DNA from: Trueperaceae bacterium
Lineage (GTDB): Bacteria > Deinococcota > Deinococci > Deinococcales > Trueperaceae
NCBI GenBank assembly: GCA_965214405.1
Contig: OZ243956.1
Location: 4,384,001-4,448,000 of the forward strand
Direction: 5' to 3'
Length of the DNA stretch: 64,000 nt
Shown: positions 37,912 to 47,740 of the stretch, one piece after another
Layout: each line of letters starts with the position of its first letter
Numbering within the stretch: position 1 is the first letter of the stretch
Notes under the pieces: model-generated
Told to the model about the DNA's origin: nothing
Seen by the model: the letters and a program-made list of their open reading frames with translations, nothing else
The model's database searches: none
Made by a program: the position numbers and the translations under genes

Positions 37912-38925
37912 TCAGCCAAAACTTACCCCCGCCCCCGCCGCAATCTCCCCAATCACGAACACATCCTCCCCAACCTCCCGCCGCACCGCCGTAACATCCC
38001 CCGGCGCGACCACCATTAAGAAGCCCGCGCCCATATTGAAAACGTTACGCATCTCGTCCGTTTCGACCTCGCCAGCGTGTCGTATAAGGTCAAAGATGGG
38101 CGGCACCGGCCACGAACCGGGGATGATGCGCGCGCCCAAACCGCCGGGCAAAACGCGCGGGAGGTTGCCGGGAATCCCGCCCCCGGTGATATGCGCCATC
38201 CCGCGGACGAGTTTTTTGGCGAGGGGCGGGCGCACTGCCTCTAAATATGACCGGTGCGGCTCGAGCAGCGCGTCGCCGACGGTGCCGCCGGTTCCCGCCA
38301 GGGGTTCGTCGTAACGTCCCGCCAGAACCGCGCGCGCCAAGCTGTAGCCGTTCGTGTGCAAGCCGCTTGACGAAAGCGCCAGCACGGCGTCACCCGCTTC
38401 TACGCGTGAGCCGTCCACCACCTCGTCCTTTTCGACCACCCCGATCATGGTGCCCACCAAATCGAGTTCGCCTGCGGCGTAAACACCGGGCATCTCGGCG
38501 GTTTCGCCGCCCAACAGGGCCGCGCCCGCCTCTACACAAGCGGCGGCGGCGCTCTCGACGATTGCTGAGATGATGGGGGGCTCGAGCCGACTCGCCGCCA
38601 CGTAATCGAGAAAAAAGAGCGGGCGTGCCCCCTGGACCAAAATGTCGTTGACGCAGTGGTTGACAAGGTCGCGGCCCAGGCCTTCAAAGCGGCCCAACGC
38701 GGCGGCGACCTTTGTTTTGGTGCCGACTCCGTCCGTCGAGGCGACGAGCACGGGGTGACGCATCCCCTGTAAGCTCGCCGCGTCGAAAAGCCCGCCGAAC
38801 GCGCCCAAGCCTGCGAGCACGTCCGGCGTGTAGGTGCGTTCCACCGCCGAGCGGATACGCGCCACCGTCTCCTCTGCATTCGTTAAATCCACTCCGGCGG
38901 CGGCGTAGGTGTGGGGTCTCTTCAT
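37912..38925 (-). CDS. purM: Phosphoribosylformylglycinamidine cyclo-ligase
   Basis: TYAAAGVD, STDGVGTK, GGETAEMPG, SSGLHTNGYSL, HITGGG, FNMG. Confidence 0.97.
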   Translation of the reverse strand: MKRPHTYAAAGVDLTNAEETVARIRSAVERTYTPDVLAGLGAFGGLFDAASLQGMRHPVLVASTDGVGTKTKVAAALGRFEGLGRDLVNHCVNDILVQGARPLFFLDYVAASRLEPPIISAIVESAAAACVEAGAALLGGETAEMPGVYAAGELDLVGTMIGVVEKDEVVDGSRVEAGDAVLALSSSGLHTNGYSLARAVLAGRYDEPLAGTGGTVGDALLEPHRSYLEAVRPPLAKKLVRGMAHITGGGIPGNLPRVLPGGLGARIIPGSWPVPPIFDLIRHAGEVETDEMRNVFNMGAGFLMVVAPGDVTAVRREVGEDVFVIGEIAAGAGVSFG

Positions 38926-38978
38926 GGCGGCATTGTACCTTTTGAGCGTTGCCCACGTTCGTTTGGGTTAGTAAAGGG

Positions 38979-39434
38979 TCAGTACATGGTGCTGTACCAA
39001 AGCGCCAGCACACCCTCTTCAAGTAGAGCGGCGCGTTTGCCCGGCGCCTCGAAGTACCGCGCCTCTTCCAAGCTTGCGCCTAAGTCCGGTCTCAACTCCG
39101 GCACCCAGTCGAAGCCGTCGATTGCCTCCACCTCCTGCACGTCTTGCAACCAGAGGGGAACGTCGGCGGGCTCGAGCCACAGCACAATTCTAAAGTCCCA
39201 ATCGGAAGGACCGGGGACACGACCTCGTGAGTTATCCTTGTAAAAAAGATGATACTGCGCGTCCCTGGGTTCGCTCCGAAAGTTCAGATAGCGCGCTAAA
39301 AAAGCCAGTTGCTCTTCGGACGTTGTAAAACTCTTGCTTTGGGTGTTCGTGCTGAGGTCGGGTGTGCGCTGGGCGTGGGCGGGTAAAGAGAGAAAAACGA
39401 GCAGGATAAACAGGCATCTAAGGGTTGACATCAT
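38979..39434 (-). CDS. Secreted hypothetical protein
   Basis: Signal peptide ending AHA-Q; NSRGRVPGPSDWDF motif. Confidence 0.65.
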   Translation of the reverse strand: MMSTLRCLFILLVFLSLPAHAQRTPDLSTNTQSKSFTTSEEQLAFLARYLNFRSEPRDAQYHLFYKDNSRGRVPGPSDWDFRIVLWLEPADVPLWLQDVQEVEAIDGFDWVPELRPDLGASLEEARYFEAPGKRAALLEEGVLALWYSTMY

Positions 39435-39483
39435 CGGCTCCTTTTTCGACGGGAGAGGGCGGCACCCCGCGGTATGATAGCGC

Positions 39484-41712
39484 GTGCTTACGCTCCGCGT
39501 GCTTCTCCCCCTGCCCCTGCCCGCCTTTTCTTACGGGCCGCCCCACGGCGAGGACGCGCCGCCGCTCGGCGCTCGAGTGGTGGTGCCCTGGCAAAACGGG
39601 GTGAGGATTGGGCTGGTGACGGCGCACGAGGAAGCGGGCGGGAGCTTGGACCTTAAAGAAATCGTGGCAATCCTTGACCAAACGCCTTTTGTGAAGCCAC
39701 CGGGCTTGCGGTTGATTCACGAGGTGGCCGAGTACACGGGCACGCCCGCGGGTCTCGTGCTCGCCACCTTTTTGCCGACGGGTCTCCACGACGCGCTCTC
39801 GCACGAGGTGAGGGCGCTGCCGGAGGTGACGGGGGTCGAGTTGCCCGACCGCTGGGTAAGCGCTGACACGTTGCGCGGAACCACGCTCGAGCTTTACCGC
39901 CGCCAGGGTTTATTGGGGGAGCGGGTGCGCCTGCTTCCCCAAAAAGTCAGCGTGCTGCGCGCGCTCAAACCTCCCGATGGAGGCTTAGACGGCGCGCCGC
40001 AGGCGAACCAGCGGCGGGCTTTGGAGCACCTCTGGGCCTTTGAAAGTTTTGACTCCGCCGCCGCGTTGGCCCGCGACGCGGAGGTGCCCGAGAGCGCCGC
40101 GCGCCGCCTCGTGACCAAAGGCTACGCCGAATATGCCCTGGTGGACGCGCCGCTCCCCGCGTTGCCCTGCTTTGAGCCGACGCCCCTGCCCGACCCGCCC
40201 AAGGGTCTCGGCTTAAGCGCGCTCGAGCCTCTGTCCATAGCGGGAGGCGCGCGCCGCGACCGGCTGGCCGCGATTCTGCCGCTCCTCCAGGCGGACGTGC
40301 GCGCGGGCGGCTCCGCGCTGGTGCTCGTGCCCGAGGGTCACCTCGTCGCGGAAACCGCGGCGGCGTTGTGCGGGCATCTGCCGGTGATGGTTTTGAACGG
40401 CGAATTGAAAGACGCGCAGCGCGCGCGCGTCTGGGCCGAGGTGTCCTCGGGAGACCCCGTCGTGCTGGTCTCAAGCTATCTCGGCTTACTCGCGCCCTTT
40501 CCCGCCCCCGCGCGGGTGGTGGTGCTCGAGGAGGGCAGCGGCTCGTACAAACTCTTGTCGGGCTCGCGCCTCTTTTTGCCCACCGCCGCGCGCCTCCTCG
40601 CGGAGGCCGCGGGCGCGCCCCTGGTCCTTACCGACGCGCTCGCCACGCCCGAGACGTACGGGCGGCTGCCCGCGCCGCAGCGCGCCACGCTGCCCACGCC
40701 GCCCATGCGGACGCACGTGACCGATCTATATGAGAGCACCGGCTGGCCGCTCTCGGCGGACCTCGTTCGGGTCCTCAAACAGGTTGAGGCGCGGGGGCGT
40801 CAGGCGGTCTTGCTCGCGCCGCGCCGCGGCTTTTCGGCGGCCTTGGCCTGCGCGGAGTGCCGCTGGCTCGCGCCCTGCCCAAACTGCGACCTGCCGCTGC
40901 GCTACCACCGTGACGCGGCGCGACTCCGCTGCCACCAGTGCGGCTTCGTGCAGGCCCCGCCTGCGCTCTGCCCCGTGTGTCGGGGGAGCGCGCTCGAGCC
41001 CACCCGCGCCGCCGGGACCCAGTGGATTGCAAGTGAAGTCGCCAAGCTCCTCCCGGACTTGCCCTCGTACCGCCTCGACAGCGACCGCCGCGACGACTTA
41101 AGCCCGCTGCTAGACGGTGCCCCCGGCGTGCTCGTTGCCACCACCGCGGCGCTGCGCCACGCCCCCTTGCCCAACGTCTCGCTCCTCGCGGTCACGCTGC
41201 TCGACTCGTTTTTGTCCTTTGGCGACTTTCGCGCGGAAGAGGAGACGTTCAGGCTCCTGTTAAATCTCGCGGAGCTGGCACCCCAGCGCCGCCCGCTCCT
41301 GCTCATCCAAACCTTTCAGCCCGAGCACCCGGCGCTGCACGCGTTTACCGAGCACGAATCCGGTGAAACGTTCCTGGCGCGGCTTTTGGAGCGCCGCCAG
41401 CGCTTCGATTACCCGCCCTTCAGCGTGATGGCGAAGCTCCAGGTGAGCGCGCGGCAGGTGGGCGCGGCGGAACGCGCGGCCACGTGGCTTGCTGGGGCCA
41501 TTCGCACCCACGGTGCCAACGAGAACGAACTTCTGGGACCCACGCCCGCTCCCGTGGCGCGGGTACGCAACCAGTACACCTATCAGCTTTTCTTACGCGC
41601 GCGCGACGAGGGGCGTTTGGCGAAGTTGCTCGAGCCCGCCCGCAACTACCAAGGCTCCGCCCGGCTCCGCTTCGACGTGGACCCGCGCGACATGTCGGGG
41701 TTTATCGAGTAG
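39484..41712 (+). CDS. priA: Primosomal protein N' (degenerate helicase motifs)
   Basis: GARVVVPW N-domain, RRGF, four CxxC pairs, GT, DFRAEE, IQT, YPPF, LGP.PAP, DVDP. Confidence 0.9.
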   Translation: MLTLRVLLPLPLPAFSYGPPHGEDAPPLGARVVVPWQNGVRIGLVTAHEEAGGSLDLKEIVAILDQTPFVKPPGLRLIHEVAEYTGTPAGLVLATFLPTGLHDALSHEVRALPEVTGVELPDRWVSADTLRGTTLELYRRQGLLGERVRLLPQKVSVLRALKPPDGGLDGAPQANQRRALEHLWAFESFDSAAALARDAEVPESAARRLVTKGYAEYALVDAPLPALPCFEPTPLPDPPKGLGLSALEPLSIAGGARRDRLAAILPLLQADVRAGGSALVLVPEGHLVAETAAALCGHLPVMVLNGELKDAQRARVWAEVSSGDPVVLVSSYLGLLAPFPAPARVVVLEEGSGSYKLLSGSRLFLPTAARLLAEAAGAPLVLTDALATPETYGRLPAPQRATLPTPPMRTHVTDLYESTGWPLSADLVRVLKQVEARGRQAVLLAPRRGFSAALACAECRWLAPCPNCDLPLRYHRDAARLRCHQCGFVQAPPALCPVCRGSALEPTRAAGTQWIASEVAKLLPDLPSYRLDSDRRDDLSPLLDGAPGVLVATTAALRHAPLPNVSLLAVTLLDSFLSFGDFRAEEETFRLLLNLAELAPQRRPLLLIQTFQPEHPALHAFTEHESGETFLARLLERRQRFDYPPFSVMAKLQVSARQVGAAERAATWLAGAIRTHGANENELLGPTPAPVARVRNQYTYQLFLRARDEGRLAKLLEPARNYQGSARLRFDVDPRDMSGFIE

Positions 41713-41739
41713 GCCGGGTCGTCCGCCTATCCAAAGGCT

Positions 41740-42978
41740 CTACCCCCGTACGCGTCCTTTTTGCGCCCGCCCGAGAAGTTTGGTAAAGGGCGTCGCGGTC
41801 ACGCCGTGCAGCACGACCGAGGCGAAGATAACGAGCGAGGCGGCTTCCCACACAACCTCGAGCCCCGTCTCGCGGACGCTCAAGGTCGCGTAAAAAAGCG
41901 CGGCCACCCCGATGGGGCCGAACCAGCCGCTAAAGAGCGCGTCGGCGGTCCCGCGCAGGGGCTTTAGGCGGGGGGCGAGGAGGAGGAGCACGGGCGGGCG
42001 GCGCAGGAGCAACACGAGGGCCGCGAGCGCCGCGCCCGGCAGGCCGAGCCCCTGCCACGCGGCCCAGGGCAGAGAAGCGCCGAAAAAGACGAACACGGGA
42101 AAGGTGAAAAGCCGGTTGACCGCCTCCTGCACGTTCTCTTCTTGCAGCTCGTCGTTCTTATTCGCCACCCGGTTATAGGCCACACCCGCGACGAACACCG
42201 CCAGAATGCCGTCACTACCGGCCAGTTTCACCGCGCCGAGCACAAAAGCCGCCAGCGCGACGGTGCCGGTCAGCACCGAGGTTTCGCCCAGAAGCCCGCG
42301 CGCGTGCGCCAGGCGCTCGAGCCGCCCCACCACGTAGCCAATCATAAAACCCAATAAAACCGCCCCCAGCACCTCCCACAGAAGCACACGCGTGAGCCAC
42401 GCCGTCAGCGCCTCGCCCGAGGGGTGCTCGAGCATAAGCACGGCGAGAAACACGAACGGGTACGCGCCCCCGTCGTTCGCCCCCGCCTCCGCGGTAACGA
42501 AGTTTCGCAGGCGCGCGGGCACTTTTTCTTCCGCTAAACCGCCCGTGACGATGGTCCCGGCGAGCACGGGGTCGGTGGGCGTCACCACCGCGCCGAGGAG
42601 CATTGCCACCCAAAAGGGGAGTCCCAAGAGCGCATAAGCCAGCAAGCCGCTTACGAGCCACATGCACAACATCACCAAACTCAGCACCAGCGCCAGCGCG
42701 CGCGCGTTGGGGCGAAAGTAGGGGCTGGGCAGGCGCAACGCGCTCGCCATCACCGCGACGGCTACCGTGAGGCGGGCGACGGACTCGAGAATCCCCTTCG
42801 GGTCCCCCCAGTCCGCAAGATTTAACAGGCCCAATCCCGCGGGTCCAACGAGCACGCCCAGCAGCGTCGCCAGGAGCGGCTGGGACAGGTACGCCTTTTT
42901 TTCGACGAAGCCCGCGGTGAGGCTCAGCAGCAGGGTAAGGCCGCCGACAAAGAGGAGCGCGAGGTTGAGAGGAGACAT
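41740..42978 (-). CDS. Cation:proton antiporter (CPA1/NhaP-like)
   Basis: TPTDPVLA, EAGANDG, WFGPIGVA. Confidence 0.9.
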   Translation of the reverse strand: MSPLNLALLFVGGLTLLLSLTAGFVEKKAYLSQPLLATLLGVLVGPAGLGLLNLADWGDPKGILESVARLTVAVAVMASALRLPSPYFRPNARALALVLSLVMLCMWLVSGLLAYALLGLPFWVAMLLGAVVTPTDPVLAGTIVTGGLAEEKVPARLRNFVTAEAGANDGGAYPFVFLAVLMLEHPSGEALTAWLTRVLLWEVLGAVLLGFMIGYVVGRLERLAHARGLLGETSVLTGTVALAAFVLGAVKLAGSDGILAVFVAGVAYNRVANKNDELQEENVQEAVNRLFTFPVFVFFGASLPWAAWQGLGLPGAALAALVLLLRRPPVLLLLAPRLKPLRGTADALFSGWFGPIGVAALFYATLSVRETGLEVVWEAASLVIFASVVLHGVTATPFTKLLGRAQKGRVRG

Positions 42979-43146
42979 TAGCGACGATTATGACCTACTC
43001 ATCACGCAGAAACCGTGGTCAGGGAGGTTAAAACTTGTAAAGAACGTTTTCCAGACAGGACACCGTATAGACGCAAATCGCCACACAACCCGAAGGGGTG
43101 ACTAACTGAAAAAGACTCAGCAAAAACCGTCCATCACACCCAAACA

Positions 43147-43188
43147 CAAGTTCCGCTTGAGCCAAATAGGGGCGTCAAGCGGAACTTG
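43147..43188. other. Perfect 14-bp inverted repeat
   Basis: CAAGTTCCGCTTGA - 14 nt - TCAAGCGGAACTTG. Confidence 0.9.
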
Positions 43189-43446
43189 CGGGTGTTCCTC
43201 CACCTGGTGCCCCCCAGCGGAGATGACACACTTTACCGCGCGCTCGTCCCTATACCCAGACACGAAAATACCTTTCTACCAGGTACTTTACGCCTTAGAA
43301 ATTAGGCCATTAAAATAAAAGGTACAGGCTTAGCGGTGAACGTCAGGCGTGGGGTAGGGTTCGAACGAATAGCGGCCCGACCTGCTGGTCGCAGCAGCAT
43401 GGGTGCGACGCTCGAGATTTATGATTTATATAGGGTCCGGCGAAGC

Positions 43447-43698
43447 TCACGCGCGCGTCTCACCCTCCACCACTTCCTTGACGGCTTCCCGGACGTCGCG
43501 CACAAACGCCTTGCGGCTCACACCCTCCGCTTCTATCATCTCCAAAACGGACTCGAAGGACCCGATAAAGGAGACCGAATGGTCCAGCGCCTCGCTTTTA
43601 GACCCACCCTTGAGGCGGGCCACCTCAAAGCGCAAACACGCGATATGCAGAATTGTCTCGCGCATAAACTCGCCGAACACATCGCCAAACTTCACCAT
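43447..43698 (-). CDS. Hypothetical protein (83 aa)
   Basis: MVKFGDVFGEFMRETILHIACLRFEVARLKGG...; purine-rich upstream; best frame in this region. Confidence 0.45.
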   Translation of the reverse strand: MVKFGDVFGEFMRETILHIACLRFEVARLKGGSKSEALDHSVSFIGSFESVLEMIEAEGVSRKAFVRDVREAVKEVVEGETRA

Positions 43699-43999
43699 AA
43701 CCTTTTGTGCTCCCCCCGTACCTGTTCGTGGCGTCCCTCCTGTATCCTCTTGTACCCCCTGCCGGGCCGTCGAGATAGTGACGCAAATACTGTGGGGGGG
43801 GGTACTTTCGTTGGTGACTGTTCCCAAAGATGCCGGTGCGTTTTTCCAAGCCCCGTTCAAGGCGCCGGATTCCGAAACGTCGCTGCAAGGGTGACGACAA
43901 AAGTTTGTGCGAATGTGCGAATTTCTGCAACGCCTGCCGTCCGAAAATCGTGGTTTAATTAGCGACATATGCCGAGGAGCACACCATGAGGAGCACACC

Positions 44000-44449
44000 A
44001 TGCTGAGAAATAAACGCGCCTCTTTTGACTATGAACTGCTCGAGAGCTTCGAGGCGGGGCTCCAGCTCACCGGCTCCGAGGTCAAATCGCTCCGCGCCAA
44101 CGGCGGCTCGCTCGCGCAGGCGTTTGCGAGGACCAGGGTGGGGCCGGGCGGCTCCGGTAACGCAGAGGTCTGGCTCGAGGGCCTGCACATCCAGCCCTAC
44201 AAGGAAGCGAGTTATAACAACCACGACCCGCTTAGGAGCCGCAAATTGCTCCTCCACAAGCGTGAGATTGCGAAAATTACGGGGGGGCTCGAGCGTAAAG
44301 GCCTCACCTTAGTGCCCACCAAGCTCTACTTCAAGGGCGGCTGGGCCAAGGTCGAGGTGGCCTTGGCGCGGGGGAAAAAGCGCTATGACAAACGGCAGGA
44401 GGAGGCCAAGCGCGACGCGCAGCGTCAGATAGACCGTGCGCTTCGCTAA
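44000..44449 (+). CDS. smpB: SsrA-binding protein
   Basis: NKRASFDY, EAGLQLTGSEVKSLR, RKLLLHKREI, GKKRYDKR. Start at the second copy of GAGGAGCACACCATG. Confidence 0.97.
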   Translation: MLRNKRASFDYELLESFEAGLQLTGSEVKSLRANGGSLAQAFARTRVGPGGSGNAEVWLEGLHIQPYKEASYNNHDPLRSRKLLLHKREIAKITGGLERKGLTLVPTKLYFKGGWAKVEVALARGKKRYDKRQEEAKRDAQRQIDRALR

Positions 44450-45980
44450 GTCTCTTCTCTTTGCGACCTTCCTTTTGGGGTTGAGCTTTGGCGCGGCGCA
44501 GCAGCGCCTCGTCGTCAACGGCGTCACCATCGAGGGCTACGCCCCCGGCCTGGTGCCGGGGAACGCCTACGCGCCCGCCGCGCTCCTCGCGCGCGCTTTG
44601 GGCGCGACGTATACCTACAGTTTTGGCGCGGACACCGCGACCTTCGAGCTGGGCGGCACCTTTCTTTCAGTGCCCGTTTTTGAGAGCGTGAGCGCGGCGG
44701 CGGCCTCCACGCGCCCGCTCCTCGTGAACGGTCGCCCGCAGGAGGCGACCGAGGGGGGGGTCCGCACCGAAAGCGGGGTGTTTGTCCCCGTGCGGGTGGT
44801 GGCGAGGGCCTTGGGCGGCACCGTCGCCTATTTAGCGAGCGAAAACACGGTGATGGTAACCTTTCCGCGCGCCACGCTGCTTAGCGTTACGCCGCCCGGC
44901 CCAGGTGAGGACGCGCGCTTCGTCTTCACGTTTAGCGCGCGCGTGCCCGTGCTCGAGCGCGCACCACAAGCCCCGCCCGATCCCGCGACGAACGCCTCAA
45001 TGAACACCAACACCGTGCGGTTTCACTTCGGGCGCACCGATTTGGCGCAGGAGGGGGCGCAGGGCGAGTGGCGGGGCGAGGGCTTCGGGGCAACGCTGCG
45101 CGCAGCGGCGGGCGGCGTGGATTTTGAATTGACCCACGCGCCTGACACCCGCGTCACCTCGTTCGCCGCGCCGCAGGGCGCGGGCTTCGCGCTGGTGGTC
45201 GACCTTGCGCCCGTAGGGGAGGCTGGCGGAGAGCCTAACGTCGGGGCGTCCGGAGAAGCGCCGGTCATCGTCATCGACCCCGGTCACGGCGGCGAAGACC
45301 GCGGCCTCGTGTTTGCGGAGGCTGGTCCTGATTCGGGCGGGGCGTCAGTGGAATCAGTGGGAGAGAGCGAGAGTGCCCTCACGCTAGTTTTTGCCAAGCG
45401 GTTGGGGGCCGCCCTCCTCGCGCGGGGCTACTCGAGCCGCCTCACCCGCGAGGCCGACACCTCGCCCCCGCTCGAAAGGCGCGCCGCCGCCGGGACGGGC
45501 GCGGACCTTTTCGTGTCGCTCCACGCCGCGCCGCTACCCGCGGGGCGCTTCAACCTCTACTTTTTGGGTGCCGAGGACGTTGCAAACGGGGTAGGCAACC
45601 TTTCGTCGCCCTTACGCAGAGAGGCCGAGGCGGCGGCGAACGCTCCCAGCGACCCCGGCACCGACCCCGTGGAGCGAGAGCTGCTTAAGCGGCTCGCGCC
45701 CGACCCCGCGGCGGGCGAACGCTACGCGCGCGCGGTGAGCGGCGTGCTTGGCGGAACGCTCACCCCGCAAACTGTAGAGAGCGCGCCGCTGTTTGTGCTC
45801 GGCGGCGCGGCGGGCCGGGGCTTGCTGCTCGAGCTGAGCCCCCAGGACTTAGCCTCCGAAAGCCTACCCGCGGCGCTCGCCGACGCCGTCGTCGCGCTCC
45901 TCCAGCGCGAGGGGGCGACCACCCGTGAGGGGACGATTCAGAGAACGCCCCAGAGAACGACCCAGAGAGCGGATAGATGA
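44436..45980 (+). CDS. Secreted N-acetylmuramoyl-L-alanine amidase (Amidase_3) with copper-amine-oxidase-N-like domain
   Basis: Signal peptide; FVPVRVVARALGG; IDPGHGG, LTRE, VSLHA, LLEL. Confidence 0.8.
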   Translation: MRFAKSLLFATFLLGLSFGAAQQRLVVNGVTIEGYAPGLVPGNAYAPAALLARALGATYTYSFGADTATFELGGTFLSVPVFESVSAAAASTRPLLVNGRPQEATEGGVRTESGVFVPVRVVARALGGTVAYLASENTVMVTFPRATLLSVTPPGPGEDARFVFTFSARVPVLERAPQAPPDPATNASMNTNTVRFHFGRTDLAQEGAQGEWRGEGFGATLRAAAGGVDFELTHAPDTRVTSFAAPQGAGFALVVDLAPVGEAGGEPNVGASGEAPVIVIDPGHGGEDRGLVFAEAGPDSGGASVESVGESESALTLVFAKRLGAALLARGYSSRLTREADTSPPLERRAAAGTGADLFVSLHAAPLPAGRFNLYFLGAEDVANGVGNLSSPLRREAEAAANAPSDPGTDPVERELLKRLAPDPAAGERYARAVSGVLGGTLTPQTVESAPLFVLGGAAGRGLLLELSPQDLASESLPAALADAVVALLQREGATTREGTIQRTPQRTTQRADR

Positions 45981-46007
45981 GCGTCAACACCGCAGCCTTC
46001 TAAACCT

Positions 46008-46589
46008 GTGAGCAGACCTTCGCGTAAAACACCCCGCCTCACGCGCTCCCTCCTCCGCGCGCTCCTCACGCCCCAGAGTCTGCTGGGCGGCCTCGTGTTC
46101 ATAACGGGGCTTGTGGCGTTCTTGCGGGCGGTGCCGGGGGTGCGGGTGCCGCCGCCGGAGCGCGTCGTGGTGGACGCCGCGACCCCCGCCACCCCCGCCG
46201 AGGACGTGCGGCTGTCGCTGATCACGGCGGACGGGAGCGAACGCTTTAGCATCGTGCCCCTCGCCCTGCCCGCCGACCCCTCGAGCCGCCGCGCCGCCCT
46301 CTTAAACGCGCTCCGAGGCTTTTTGACGAGCGAGGCGGGGGAGAGGCTCTGGCCCGAGGCGCTGAGCGCGCCCACCGTGTTTACCCTCACAAACGCCGAC
46401 CGCGCCGAGGTGACCTTCTTAGACTTTACGCGCGGCCCCGCGGCGGTGGTCAGCGTGGCGCAAGAGGCGCGGCTGCTCGCCTCCATTCGCACCACCTTGC
46501 GCCGCGACGGCGTCGACCACTTACGCGTCCTCATCAACGGCGAGCCGAGCGAGACCTTTTTGGGGCACCTGGCGCTGGAGAATCCTTAA
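46008..46589 (+). CDS. GerMN-domain protein
   Basis: N-terminal TM; E..LLASIRTTL...VLINGE...TFLGHL. Confidence 0.7.
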   Translation: MSRPSRKTPRLTRSLLRALLTPQSLLGGLVFITGLVAFLRAVPGVRVPPPERVVVDAATPATPAEDVRLSLITADGSERFSIVPLALPADPSSRRAALLNALRGFLTSEAGERLWPEALSAPTVFTLTNADRAEVTFLDFTRGPAAVVSVAQEARLLASIRTTLRRDGVDHLRVLINGEPSETFLGHLALENP

Positions 46590-46866
46590 GAAGCCGTAGC
46601 CGCGTTTCGCCCCCTGTTGAGCCACGTACTGAATGGTATGCGTTTGCATTGAGCCAGAGGCTGCGCGGTTTCTCGAGCCAAGTTTACGGTCCCTAAGGGG
46701 TAGTATTCTTTGTGCGTTATGGTTTTCAGTCAATCCTGGAGATGTTCTGTACAGCCGACACATAATGACGACTAGACGAATGACGACCAGCAGGACGAGC
46801 CAAGGCTGAGAAGATGCGCGTTGTTAAAGAGCGATGAAGGGTTAAAGAGCAGTGAAGGAGCAAGAC

Positions 46867-47553
46867 ATGACCGTCAGGAAAAGAAGTCGGGGACGCGCGA
46901 CCTACCGGAAAATCGTCGAGGCGGCCCTGACCATCATGCGCGAAGAGGGGCCGGAGGGGGTGACGACCACCCGCTTGGCGGAAGCGTCGGGTATTGTCCA
47001 GTCGGGCTTTTACACCCACTTCAGCAACGTCGACGAGGCGCTTACCGCCGCCGCGGAGGGCACGGGGCAGCACCTCCGGGCATTGGTGGATGATTGGCGC
47101 GAGGAGATAGTCGCGCTCGACGGGGGCACCGTCCATCAGCTTGCCGAGCATTATGAGCGCCTGCTCACGCTGCTGCTACGCGACCGCCCCTTTACTGAAC
47201 TCTATTTGCAGTACCGCCGCGCGCCCACGCCCTTAGGCGAGACGCTGCGACGTTTTGAAAAGGACGTGACGGAAGACGTGGCCGCGCACTTGGCAAGGCT
47301 CGTGCGCCCGGACGACCCGGTGCCGGGGGCGGCGGACACGCTGCAAGCCGAACTCATCATGGGATTTTTCCTGTCGGTTGTCGATCTGGCGCTTCGTGAC
47401 GCGAGCGCCGCGCGGCTGAGAACGCTTTCTTTACACCTGTCGGTCTTAACCAAGGCGAGCGTGGAGGCCGGGTACGGTGACGTAGGGGCGAGTGCGCTGT
47501 TACATCAGACTGGCTTGGGACTCCTAGAGCCTTCCTCATCCCCCGAACGCTGA
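46867..47553 (+). CDS. TetR/AcrR family regulator
   Basis: IVEAALTIMREEGPEGVTTTRLAEASGIVQSGFYTHF; AAGGAG RBS. Confidence 0.9.
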   Translation: MTVRKRSRGRATYRKIVEAALTIMREEGPEGVTTTRLAEASGIVQSGFYTHFSNVDEALTAAAEGTGQHLRALVDDWREEIVALDGGTVHQLAEHYERLLTLLLRDRPFTELYLQYRRAPTPLGETLRRFEKDVTEDVAAHLARLVRPDDPVPGAADTLQAELIMGFFLSVVDLALRDASAARLRTLSLHLSVLTKASVEAGYGDVGASALLHQTGLGLLEPSSSPER

Positions 47554-47740
47554 GCGGTTTAGACCAGGGCCACAAAACATGTGAGTTGTTGGAGCAGAAG
47601 CGAGCTTGCGCTGAGAGAGAATTCGCGCTGGCTCGCTTATATTCCCTTTTGCTTCAAGTATCGTCGGGCAGTCGTTGCAAAGCGGCGCGTAGCTTGTCCG
47701 CCTATAACAATCCACAAGCAACACCTGTGAAAGGAACTTT

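Noticed and set aside
43336..43962. Long plus-strand ORFs (43336..43962, 43403..43894) and the 43907 start for smpB
   Set aside because: No recognisable motifs or RBS. SmpB similarity begins at ATG 44000.
43000..44000. tmRNA (ssrA) or tRNA next to smpB
   Set aside because: No tRNA-like 5' end, T-loop plus CCA, or tag reading frame was recognised. GTTCGAA near 43359 has no cloverleaf around it.
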